DNA of 32,000 nucleotides. Source: Candidatus Electronema halotolerans (GTDB taxonomy: Bacteria; Desulfobacterota; Desulfobulbia; Desulfobulbales; Desulfobulbaceae). The stretch is from assembly GCA_942493095.1 (NCBI GenBank), contig OW818675.1, positions 1,740,001 through 1,772,000 on the forward strand, given 5' to 3'. Position numbers and translations under genes: made by a program. Shown here in pieces: positions 10,700 through 18,960 of this stretch. Each line of letters starts with the position of its first letter. Positions within the stretch are counted from its first letter, which is position 1. A model generated the notes under the pieces. It did not search any database, was not told where the DNA came from, and saw nothing but the letters and a program-made list of their open reading frames with translations.

Positions 10700-12906
10700 G
10701 CAAACGCATCATGAAAAGCGATAAGCAGAAAGCTGCCGTTTTGTCTGTGATAGTCCTGACAGCGGCCCTCTGCGGTCTGATGACCCTGACCCTCTGTCTG
10801 CTGCAGCGCACCACCCTGCGCCTGGAGGAGCAGCGGCTCCATGAGCTGGTCCACAGCCATGCCGTGCTGATCGAGGAATTTTTCCATATTCGGGAGCAGG
10901 TCTTCAAATCAGACCAGCAGGAACAGCATCTTGAGACTGTGCTGACCGGAGTCTTCAATGCCCATCTGCATGAGCACTGTTTTGGCGAGAGCGGCGAATT
11001 CCTTCTGGCTCGGCAGGAAGGGGAGCAGATTGTCTTCTGGCCCGGTCAGAAGCATCTGAGCAGCCTCCTGCCGCCGTCTGTGCCGCTGGACTCGCCCTTG
11101 GCCGAGCCAATGCGGCTGGCCCTGTCCGGGCAGCGCGGCACCATGACCGGCCTTGATTACCGGGGCAGAACTGTGCTGGCCGCCTATCAGTGGGTGCCGG
11201 AGATGCGCATCGGCTTAGTGGCCAAAATCGACTTGGCCGAAGTGCGCCGTCCCTTGTTCCAAGCAGGGGCAATCGCGGGCGGGGCCGCTCTGCTGCTCAT
11301 TCTGGCAGGCAGTTTTGTCCTGCTCCGCTTCAATCCGTTCCTGCGGCGGCTGGAGGAGGAAAAGCGGCTGGCCCAGAATTATCTCGACATTGCCGGGGCC
11401 ATGATCGCGGTTCTTGATCAGCAGGGCCGCTTGCAGCTAATCAACCGGCAGGGCTGCGAGATTCTCGGCGGCGAGCAGGAGGGCCTGCTGGGGCTGTTCT
11501 GGGTTGAGCACTGCGTGCAGGAGGAGGACCGGCAGCAGGCATCGGCAGCCTTGCAGCGGCTGCTGGACGGCAAGGAAGAGCAGATTGACGGCCTTGAACT
11601 GCACCTGCGGCGGATTGACGGCGGCCAGCGGATCATTGACTGGTCAGGCCGGACCCTGCGCGACCGGCGCGGCCATAAGATCGGCGCAATCTGCTCCGGC
11701 GCGGACATGACTGCCAAGCGGCAGTCAGAGCAGTCCCTGCATGAGGCGCAGGAGGCATTCCAGTCCACTTTTGAGCAGGCAGCCGTGGGCATTGCCCATG
11801 TCGCCCCGGATGGCCGCCTGCTCCGGGTCAACCGCAGGCTCTGCGCCATTCTTGGCTATCCGCAGGAGGAGCTGCTGGCCAAGACCATCATGGATATCAC
11901 CCATCCTGACCATAAGGAGCGCAGCTATGCCAAGGCCATAAACTTGGCCGCCGAGCCTGCCCAAGAAAATTACAGCATGGAAAAGCAGTATCTCCATCGG
12001 AACGGCAACGCGATCTGGGTCAACCACACAGTCTCCTTGGTCCGGGACAGCAAGGGGTATCCTTTGTACTACATTTCCGTGATTGAGGACATTCAGGCCC
12101 GCAAGGCGATGGAGGCGGTCCTGCACGAGCGCACTGCGCTGCTGGTGCGCTCCAACAAGGAGCTGGATGATTTCGCCTACATCGCCTCGCATGATCTGAA
12201 AGAGCCGCTGCGGGGCATCATGAGCTACAGCACCTTTCTTTTGGAGGATTACGGCGAAACCTTGGGCAGCGAGGGCCGTGACCGGCTCAAGACTATGGGC
12301 GATCTGGCCGGACGGCTTTCTGACCTCACTGATGATCTGCTCACCTTTTCCCGTGTCGGCAGATTAGCCTTGGCCTGCCGGGCCGTTGACCTCAATCAGT
12401 TAGTCGAAGATGTGCTGATCACGCTCCGAGTCGGCTTGGAGGAGGACCGGGTCACGGTGCGCATTGCCAAGCCGCTGCCGACCATCATCTGCGATGCGGT
12501 GCGGATGCGGGAGGTCTATTACAACCTGATCACCAATGCGGCCCGCTACAATGACAAAGAAGACAAATGGGTTGAAATCGGCGCGCTCCATCCTTGGAAC
12601 GACCCGAAACAGCTTCTGTTCTATGTCTGTGACAACGGCATCGGCATCCGGGACAAGCATCTCGGCAAAATTTTTACCATGTTCAAACGCCTGAACAGCG
12701 GCAATAAATACGGACGCGGCACCGGCGCAGGCTTGGCCATTGTCAAAAAGATCATTGAACGGCATGACGGCCATATCTGGGTGGAAAGCGCGGAAGGCGA
12801 AGGCACAGTCTTTTTCTTCACCTTGGTCGAGAAGCCGGACTGCGGAGTCTGGCTTGACAATGCAGCAGACGAGATCAGCTCATCACCAGGAGGAACGCCC
12901 AGATGA
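10696..12906 (+). CDS. Sensor histidine kinase with a periplasmic Cache-like domain and two PAS domains
   Basis: TM1 VLSVIVLTAALCGLMTLTLCLL, a periplasmic segment (..DYRGRTVLAAYQWVPEMRIGLVAKIDLAE..) and TM2 AIAGGAALLLILAGSFVLL. Two PAS regions are followed by H-box FAYIASHDLKEPLRGI, N-box NLITNAARYN, G1 VCDNGIGI and G2 GRGTGAGLAIV. The TTG at 10696 overlaps the upstream stop. The ATG at 10711 (MKSDKQ..) is an equally plausible start. Confidence 0.88.
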   Translation: MSKRIMKSDKQKAAVLSVIVLTAALCGLMTLTLCLLQRTTLRLEEQRLHELVHSHAVLIEEFFHIREQVFKSDQQEQHLETVLTGVFNAHLHEHCFGESGEFLLARQEGEQIVFWPGQKHLSSLLPPSVPLDSPLAEPMRLALSGQRGTMTGLDYRGRTVLAAYQWVPEMRIGLVAKIDLAEVRRPLFQAGAIAGGAALLLILAGSFVLLRFNPFLRRLEEEKRLAQNYLDIAGAMIAVLDQQGRLQLINRQGCEILGGEQEGLLGLFWVEHCVQEEDRQQASAALQRLLDGKEEQIDGLELHLRRIDGGQRIIDWSGRTLRDRRGHKIGAICSGADMTAKRQSEQSLHEAQEAFQSTFEQAAVGIAHVAPDGRLLRVNRRLCAILGYPQEELLAKTIMDITHPDHKERSYAKAINLAAEPAQENYSMEKQYLHRNGNAIWVNHTVSLVRDSKGYPLYYISVIEDIQARKAMEAVLHERTALLVRSNKELDDFAYIASHDLKEPLRGIMSYSTFLLEDYGETLGSEGRDRLKTMGDLAGRLSDLTDDLLTFSRVGRLALACRAVDLNQLVEDVLITLRVGLEEDRVTVRIAKPLPTIICDAVRMREVYYNLITNAARYNDKEDKWVEIGALHPWNDPKQLLFYVCDNGIGIRDKHLGKIFTMFKRLNSGNKYGRGTGAGLAIVKKIIERHDGHIWVESAEGEGTVFFFTLVEKPDCGVWLDNAADEISSSPGGTPR

Positions 12907-13364
12907 TCGCCAATGAAGCCGGAGGCAAGCACATTCTTTTGGTTGAGGACAGCGATGTGGATTATGAAACCGTGCTCAGGGCCTTCAGAAAAGGCAATCT
13001 GCACAATCCGGTCATCCGCTGCGAGGACGGTGACGACGCGCTTGACTATCTTCACCGCCGCAACCGCTTTGCCGCCCCCGGAGCCGCGCCCCGGCCCGCC
13101 CTGGTCCTGCTCGATCTCAACCTGCCCGGCACTGATGGCCGCGAGGTGCTGGAGGAGATGAAGAGCGATGAGACGCTGAAGGACATTCCGGTGATTGTCA
13201 TGACCACCTCCTCGGATCAGCGGGATGTGGAGCGGTGCTACAAATTTGGGGCCAACAGCTATGTGGCCAAGCCGGTCAGCTTTGAAGGCTACATGGAGGC
13301 GGTCAAGCGGCTCCACAGCTACTGGTTTGAGACCGTGATGCTGCCGGATGCCATTGGCAAGTGA
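12903..13364 (+). CDS. Response regulator, stand-alone receiver domain (Rcp1-like)
   Basis: Receiver motifs ILLVEDSDVDYE, LVLLDLNLPGTDG, VIVMTTS and YVAKPV. It joins the upstream kinase through an ATGA overlap. Confidence 0.9.
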   Translation: MIANEAGGKHILLVEDSDVDYETVLRAFRKGNLHNPVIRCEDGDDALDYLHRRNRFAAPGAAPRPALVLLDLNLPGTDGREVLEEMKSDETLKDIPVIVMTTSSDQRDVERCYKFGANSYVAKPVSFEGYMEAVKRLHSYWFETVMLPDAIGK

Positions 13365-14443
13365 GCAGGGGCATGGAAGAGCAGGTGCTTGGCCTGCTGA
13401 CCGGTCCCTGCGGCGTGACTGTAGGAGCGGGCATTGCTGCCGCAGTCTCCGGCGGCCCGGATTCAATGGCCCTGCTCCATCTGCTGGCCGCAGCGCAGGA
13501 GCGGCTCCAGCTTCGGCTGACTGCGGTCTGGATTGAGCACGGCCTGCGTCCGCAGGAAACTTCGCAGGAAAAAGCAACAGTTGCGGCAGCGGCGGCCAAG
13601 CTGGGCATTCCTTTTCTATCCCGGCAGGCGGATGCGGCGGCCTTGGCCAAGAGCAAGCGGCTTTCCTTGGAACATGCGGCCCGCGAGCTGCGGTACGCTC
13701 TGCTGCGCGAGGCGGCTGGCAACTGCGGGGCGGAATGGATTGCGGTCGGCCACACCGCCGATGATCAGGCTGAAGAAGTGCTGCTCCGCCTGCTGCGCGG
13801 CAGCGGTCGCAAGGGCTTGGCTGGAATGCAGATGCGCAGCGGCGCAATCATCCGCCCGCTTCTGCGCACCAGCAAGCAGGAGCTGGTTGACTGGCTGAAC
13901 GAGCGCGGCATCGCTTCCTGTTTTGATTCGTCAAACAATGACCGGAGATTTCTCCGCAACCGGGTGCGGCACGAGCTGCTGCCCTTCTTGGAGCAACATT
14001 TCGAGCCGGGCATCAAACAAGCCCTGCTCAAGACTGCGGACAGTCTGGCTGCGGATGAAGTGCTGCTGGAGGAGCTGACTGAAAAGGCCTTTCAGGAGAC
14101 AGTGCAGGAGCTGACTGGGCACAGCAGTCTGCTGCCGACCATGCGCCTGCTGCGTCAGCCCTTTCTCGCCTTGCCTGCGGCCTTGCAGCGGCGGGTGCTG
14201 GAGCAGCTGCTCTGGCGCATGCAGAGCCGGGCTGCATACAATCATATCATCCTGCTGCTGGAAGCGGCGGCTTCTGGCAGAACCGGCAGCGAGCTGCATC
14301 TCAGCCAAGGGCTGCGGGTCGGCGTGGGCCGCGACTGGCTGGAATTTTCTTATCCAGCTGGCCGCCAGAGCTGGCGGGGACGACTCAACCCAGAACAAGC
14401 TGAAGCTGCTCATGCTCCAGCGGCTCGTCAAATTCCAGACTGA
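13361..14443 (+). CDS. tilS: tRNA(Ile)-lysidine synthase
   Basis: PP-loop motif AAVSGGPDSMALLHLL, then VGHTADDQAEEVLLRLLRGSG and FDSSNNDRRFLRNRVRHELLP. The GTG at 13361 overlaps the upstream stop. The ATG at 13373 is an alternative start. Confidence 0.85.
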   Translation: MSRGMEEQVLGLLTGPCGVTVGAGIAAAVSGGPDSMALLHLLAAAQERLQLRLTAVWIEHGLRPQETSQEKATVAAAAAKLGIPFLSRQADAAALAKSKRLSLEHAARELRYALLREAAGNCGAEWIAVGHTADDQAEEVLLRLLRGSGRKGLAGMQMRSGAIIRPLLRTSKQELVDWLNERGIASCFDSSNNDRRFLRNRVRHELLPFLEQHFEPGIKQALLKTADSLAADEVLLEELTEKAFQETVQELTGHSSLLPTMRLLRQPFLALPAALQRRVLEQLLWRMQSRAAYNHIILLLEAAASGRTGSELHLSQGLRVGVGRDWLEFSYPAGRQSWRGRLNPEQAEAAHAPAARQIPD

Positions 14444-16670
14444 GCTTGTATTCTCCAGCAGCCTCCAGCGCAGCCGTTTTGGTTGGGGCAGGGTCCGCCT
14501 GCTTGATGGACAGCACTTGGCCCCGGACATCCAAGCCGTTGGGACTGCCAACCACAGGAATGGTGATCTGCATGGTCCGGCCCAGCAGCACCCGGATATG
14601 CTTCTGCTGCATCATGCGGAAGGTCATGGACAGGCCGCCTCTGGAGACATCGGCCAGCCTGCCTTTGAATTTCTGGCCAAGGGGGCGTTTGCCCGGCACT
14701 TCCAGAACCTGAAAATCAACCTTGCGGGAGACCTCATAGCGATCAAAGGCGCGGCGGTTGAGACCTTTGCGCTGAAGCAGGTCTCTTATGTTATTTGATT
14801 TATTATAAAACGTCTTTAATTTTTTCTCCAAGCCGGGATAGGCTTCCTTCCAGCGTTCAAAGCAGGCGCGCTTCAGCACGGAAATGCGGCTTTCTGTGAC
14901 CGCATTCATGCTCACAGTCCAGACCGAGGTGTCAAAGAAGTTTTCCCCAGCCAAGTCGCCGTCGCAGAGGCTCTTGATATAAATTTTCCGGTCATGCTTT
15001 TTATAAAAAACCCGGACCGTGCCATGATTGACAAAAAACAACTCATCATTCTGATCACCCTGCTTGACCAGCATCTCCTCCGGCTCCAAAGTGCGGTGCT
15101 CCAGTTCATGATAAATGGCGCTGAACTCCTCAGAACTCAGCTCATGCAGCAAGTTGGACCAAATATCCAAATAGCTGCGCACCTGCACTCCGCTTTTCGC
15201 CTCTTCAATCAGCTCTGAGGCCCGAATGATCTCGGCAATGGCGTTGGGGTTGATCTCGCTGAAGCGTTCCCGCAGCCGTTCCGCGTTGAAGATGTCCTCG
15301 TTCTGCACGCATTCCATAATCAGCTTAAGAAGCTGCTGGGCAGCCCCAGACCGGTTGCCGGACATGGCCATGCGGATGATGCCTGCCTCGCGGGCGGCAA
15401 AGGGATTGTTCTGGCTCGGCACATCCGGCGAGATGCTGCCGGCCCGCTTGTGCTTGCCGCCGGTATTGATGAACTGGATGGCCTGCTCCGCTGTCCGCAG
15501 AATCTGCTGCTCCACCTGACCAAGTTCTTTGCCAGTGCTGGCGGCGATGATTTTTTTCAGAGTCGGCACCGCCTTGACGGAACCAATCTTGCCCAAGGTG
15601 AGACAGATGGCAAGCTGGAGGTTCTGCCCGGCCCGATTTTTGATCAGAACCGCCTCATCGAGCAGAATAGCCAACGGCGCAACCAAGCTGCTGTCCGGGA
15701 TGTCGCCGATCAAGGCCACCACCAGCTCGGTCAGCTGCCGGGGCACTGTTTTCAGGGCCCTGAGGAAAAAGTCCTTTTTCCCCGGCGCATCAATCCGGCT
15801 GGCCGCCCGCAGCACTTCTCCCTTGACCCGGATATCCTCATGCTCAATAAACGAAGTCACGGCAGTGAAGCAGGCTGGCCCGCCCTTGTCGCCCAGCAGG
15901 CGGATGATGTTGCGGATCAGGTACCAGTCCTGGGTCTGCTCCAGCAGGCGGCAGAGGCTTTCCTCTGCTGGCGGGCCGATCTCGCTGAACAGTTTGAGCA
16001 GGACATCGGCCTTGTTTTCCTGATACAGTTTCAGGCACTGCGGCTCCAAAAGAAACTCGGCTGCTGACCGGCCAAGCACGGCAAAGAGCCGTCCGGCATC
16101 CACGCTTTTGTCCTTGTCATACAGATATTCAACTAAGAGCAGCTCCAGCAGGGGCCGGGTGGCCATGTCATTGAGCAGCCGCCCGATGCGGTCGCGGACA
16201 TGCTCAGGCGCGGCGGCCAGTATCTTTTCTGAGGAGAACGTCAACAAGGCGCGCCGGGCAGAGGCGTATTTGCCCATTTCAATCTGATAGGCGGCAAAGG
16301 CGGACAGGGCCGTGACAAGCTGCCAGACTTCGACCTCGTTTTCCAAGGCCGCGTGCAGGGCGCTTTCCGCCGCAGGCAGCATCTTGTCGATCCGCAGCCA
16401 TTCCTGATGCGCAATGAGCAGCTCCAAGGTGTCAGTCAGCTCGCAGGCCGCCTTCAGGCGCAGCTGGGGACTGTCGGCTTGCAGCGCGGCAGCGAGCTGG
16501 CCAAGCATTTTGTCAATCTGCCGATTGTTTTTTTCTGCCAGAAGATCGCTGATCACTGCTGACAGCATCGCGCCCTCTTCCTCCTCCAGCGCGGTCTGAG
16601 CATCGGTTGAAAAAGCGGCCTTTTCTTCTTCGTCCGCCGCTGACAGTGCATTGTTGCGCGTGACATCCAT
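14385..16670 (-). CDS. Multidomain signalling protein: N-terminal HEAT/ARM-like repeats, cyclic-nucleotide-binding-like domain, C-terminal PilZ domain
   Basis: HEAT-like segments LLGDKGGPACFTAVTSFIEHEDIRVKGEVLRAASRI and LTLGKIGSVKAVPTLKKII. The CAP-like beta-barrel region reads MLVKQGDQNDELFFVNHGTVRVFY...GDLAGENFF (about nt 14850-15125). PilZ motifs are RRAFDR (RxxxR, nt 14739-14756) and DVSRGG (DxSxxG, nt 14634-14651). Confidence 0.75.
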   Translation of the reverse strand: MDVTRNNALSAADEEEKAAFSTDAQTALEEEEGAMLSAVISDLLAEKNNRQIDKMLGQLAAALQADSPQLRLKAACELTDTLELLIAHQEWLRIDKMLPAAESALHAALENEVEVWQLVTALSAFAAYQIEMGKYASARRALLTFSSEKILAAAPEHVRDRIGRLLNDMATRPLLELLLVEYLYDKDKSVDAGRLFAVLGRSAAEFLLEPQCLKLYQENKADVLLKLFSEIGPPAEESLCRLLEQTQDWYLIRNIIRLLGDKGGPACFTAVTSFIEHEDIRVKGEVLRAASRIDAPGKKDFFLRALKTVPRQLTELVVALIGDIPDSSLVAPLAILLDEAVLIKNRAGQNLQLAICLTLGKIGSVKAVPTLKKIIAASTGKELGQVEQQILRTAEQAIQFINTGGKHKRAGSISPDVPSQNNPFAAREAGIIRMAMSGNRSGAAQQLLKLIMECVQNEDIFNAERLRERFSEINPNAIAEIIRASELIEEAKSGVQVRSYLDIWSNLLHELSSEEFSAIYHELEHRTLEPEEMLVKQGDQNDELFFVNHGTVRVFYKKHDRKIYIKSLCDGDLAGENFFDTSVWTVSMNAVTESRISVLKRACFERWKEAYPGLEKKLKTFYNKSNNIRDLLQRKGLNRRAFDRYEVSRKVDFQVLEVPGKRPLGQKFKGRLADVSRGGLSMTFRMMQQKHIRVLLGRTMQITIPVVGSPNGLDVRGQVLSIKQADPAPTKTAALEAAGEYKLSLEFDEPLEHEQLQLVLG

Positions 16671-16791
16671 GAGGCTGTATCAGGTTGAGGGTTGACGGTC
16701 CGCGCCTGAAAGACAGTTTCAGGCAGCCGCAGGTTTGCGGCATGGCTGATTAAAAGATAACATTCCTTGCGGCAAAAGACAAAGGCTCTTT

Positions 16792-17385
16792 TCAGGTTTC
16801 AGGGGTAATGATGCTGTGCTCCAGCAGCAGGCTGACGCAGCGGCTCACTGGCAGGCCAATGATATTGGCGCAGGAGCCATGCACAGAGCGAACCAGAAAG
16901 GCTCCTTTTCCTTGAATGCCATAAGCACCCGCCTTGTCGAGCGGCTCGCCAGTGCGGATGTAGGCGGCCAGCACTGCCTCGGAAAAGGCGGCAAAGGTGA
17001 CTTCGCTGCTTTCCGCCAAGGTTTTCGAGCAGTTCTCCGCCTGACAGACAAGGGCCAGCCCGGTGATGACTTGATGGCTGCGGCCCTGTAAACGCCGGAG
17101 AATCTCCAAGGCATGAGCGGCATCTTTTGGTTTGCCGATGATCTGGTCATCGACTGTCACCACTGTGTCCGCGCCAAGAATCCAGCTTTCCGGGTGCTGG
17201 GCGGCAATGGCAGCCGCCTTTTCCTGAGCCATGCGCCGGGCAAAAGCGGCAGGCTTTTCCCCGGGCAGCGGCAGCTCATCAATGCCCGCAGGCAGGCAGG
17301 TGAAGACAAGGCCCAGATCAGTGAGAAACTGCTGACGACGAGGTGAAGCTGAGGCGAGAATCAGGGATTTGCAGGCAGTGAACAT
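16792..17385 (-). CDS. maf: Maf-family nucleoside triphosphate pyrophosphatase (septum formation inhibitor-like)
   Basis: N-terminal LILASASPRRQQFL, then GADTVV and AGAYGIQGKGAF. Length is 197 aa. Confidence 0.9.
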   Translation of the reverse strand: MFTACKSLILASASPRRQQFLTDLGLVFTCLPAGIDELPLPGEKPAAFARRMAQEKAAAIAAQHPESWILGADTVVTVDDQIIGKPKDAAHALEILRRLQGRSHQVITGLALVCQAENCSKTLAESSEVTFAAFSEAVLAAYIRTGEPLDKAGAYGIQGKGAFLVRSVHGSCANIIGLPVSRCVSLLLEHSIITPET

Positions 17386-17444
17386 GGCGGAAGGGTGCTG
17401 AGGTTTGTTCTCACGAGCTGGATGACTGCGGCAGCGAAAAAATC

Positions 17445-17473
17445 ATGCCACAGAGCAATGCTTGGGGTATAAT
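17445..17473 (+). promoter_or_regulatory. Candidate sigma70 promoter for the M23 peptidase gene (ATGCCA, 17-nt spacer, TATAAT)
   Basis: A consensus TATAAT lies at 17468-17473. ATGCCA (4/6 match to TTGACA) lies at 17445-17450 with a 17-nt spacer. This argues against the ORF-track start at 17445. Confidence 0.35.
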
Positions 17474-17540
17474 GCCTTTCTTGCGTCATGCAGCGGCAAA
17501 GAGGAGGCCGCACGGAATAAACTCGGCAAGAAGAACGGAC

Positions 17541-18404
17541 ATGCTGAAAAGAATAGCATTATTTCTGCTGGTTGTTTGGCTGCCCTCCGGCTGCGCTGCG
17601 GCGCGGGATGAGAAATCCGCAGCAGAGCGGGCAGCTCAGGCCGCGTTCTGCTGGCCATTGAAAACCTTCCGATACTCGCGCAGCACAGGCGGCGGCTGGC
17701 TGGCTGCAAGAGGCCGAGGCTCCCAGCATCTGGGGGTTGACATGTTCGCTCCAATCGGCACGCCAGTGCGGGCCATTGCCGACGGCGTGGTCTATGACAT
17801 CTCCACCGGCGGCTGGGGCAGAGGCAATGTCGCCATCATGGTCAAGCACCGGCTGGCAGATGGCCGCTGGTTCATTGCCCTGTACGGACACATCAGAAAT
17901 TCCCAAGGTCTGCGCAAAGGCAGCCGGGTGCAGGCCTGCGCCCGCATCGGCGTGGTCGGCTCCTATAGCTGCGGCTCCCATCTCCATTTCGGCGTGATTG
18001 CTCCGGGCCGACTGCCTCATGCGCCTTACGGCACCAGCAAGCGGGGTGATCACAATAATTTTGTTGATCCGCTCCAGTTCCTGCGCAGCGGCCATCCCAG
18101 CGGCAGGCTGGCTGAATCGGCGGCGCAGGTCTTGACATCAGACAGCGCAGTCGCAGAAGAATCAGTCGCCCTCAGTTCTGCAAAAAAAGACCGCAGCCGC
18201 AGTCAGGTGCGGAACATTCGCTCCAAAAATAAAAAACGATCTGTTGCGGCAAGCAAAAAGAGCAGGGACAAAAAGCTGCTGCCCAAAAAAGCTGCTAAAA
18301 AGGCAGTCACACAGAAAAGCAAGCGCAGCCGTTCTGTTACAGGCAAGGTTCGCTCTCTGACAGGCAGTTCCAAGCGCGCTGTATCTGCTCATGGACGACG
18401 CTGA
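17541..18404 (+). CDS. M23 (LytM-type) metallopeptidase, probable lipoprotein, with a Lys/Arg/Ser-rich C-terminal tail
   Basis: The start was moved to MLKRIALFLLVVWLPSGC, a signal peptide with a lipobox-like LPSGC. M23 motifs are HLGVDMFAPIGTPVRAIADGVV and GSHLHFGV. The last ~80 aa are highly basic. Confidence 0.8.
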   Translation: MLKRIALFLLVVWLPSGCAAARDEKSAAERAAQAAFCWPLKTFRYSRSTGGGWLAARGRGSQHLGVDMFAPIGTPVRAIADGVVYDISTGGWGRGNVAIMVKHRLADGRWFIALYGHIRNSQGLRKGSRVQACARIGVVGSYSCGSHLHFGVIAPGRLPHAPYGTSKRGDHNNFVDPLQFLRSGHPSGRLAESAAQVLTSDSAVAEESVALSSAKKDRSRSQVRNIRSKNKKRSVAASKKSRDKKLLPKKAAKKAVTQKSKRSRSVTGKVRSLTGSSKRAVSAHGRR

Positions 18405-18960
18405 CCGGCTGGGCCGCATCAATCCGCCGTATCCACGGGTCTGCAAATGAGGCAAAAATTGTGGCAACCCGCTGCAAGGCCTCGATCTGCTCAAAGGCGT
18501 TGAGCTGCCCGCCCCGGCTGCGAATCCGCTCCGCCGACAACTCCGGCGGCATGGTCAGAAGAATGACCAAGTCCGGCTGCGGGGCAAAGCGGTTGCGCTT
18601 GAGAATAGCCTTGGCATCCAGCCCGTTCGCGCCCTGATAGGCAGCAGTGGAGTAATAGTAGCGGTCAGTGAGGACGATCCGACCGGCATTCAGAGCAGGC
18701 CGGATCACTTCCTTGACATGCTGCTTGCGGTCTTGGATGAACAGCTCCAACTCCTCCTCCGGGGTGCAGGCACCGCGATTGACATACAGCTCGCGGATGC
18801 GGCGGCCATAATCGCTGTCAGTCGGCTCGCGGGTGACAACCACATCCTCGCCCTGCGCCCGCAGCCAGTCAGCCAGCATTGGCAGCTGTGTTGTTTTTCC
18901 CGTGCCGTCGATGCCTTCAAAGGCGATCAGCAATCCTGTCCGTATGTTTCGTCGTCGCAT
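18337..18960 (-). CDS. tmk: Thymidylate kinase
   Basis: P-loop [14 protein letters not shown], then DRYYYSTAAYQG. The ATG at 18960 ([16 protein letters not shown]) was preferred over the GTG at 18999. It overlaps the pdxA stop (18927) by 34 nt. Confidence 0.9.
   Translation of the reverse strand: MRRRNIRTGLLIAFEGIDGTGKTTQLPMLADWLRAQGEDVVVTREPTDSDYGRRIRELYVNRGACTPEEELELFIQDRKQHVKEVIRPALNAGRIVLTDRYYYSTAAYQGANGLDAKAILKRNRFAPQPDLVILLTMPPELSAERIRSRGGQLNAFEQIEALQRVATIFASFADPWIRRIDAAQPVSVVHEQIQRAWNCLSESEPCL

Noticed and set aside
12621-13847. 408-aa minus-strand ORF spanning the HK/REC/tilS junctions
   Set aside because: It crosses three well-supported plus-strand genes. It is Pro/Arg/Ala-rich, which marks it as a shadow ORF.
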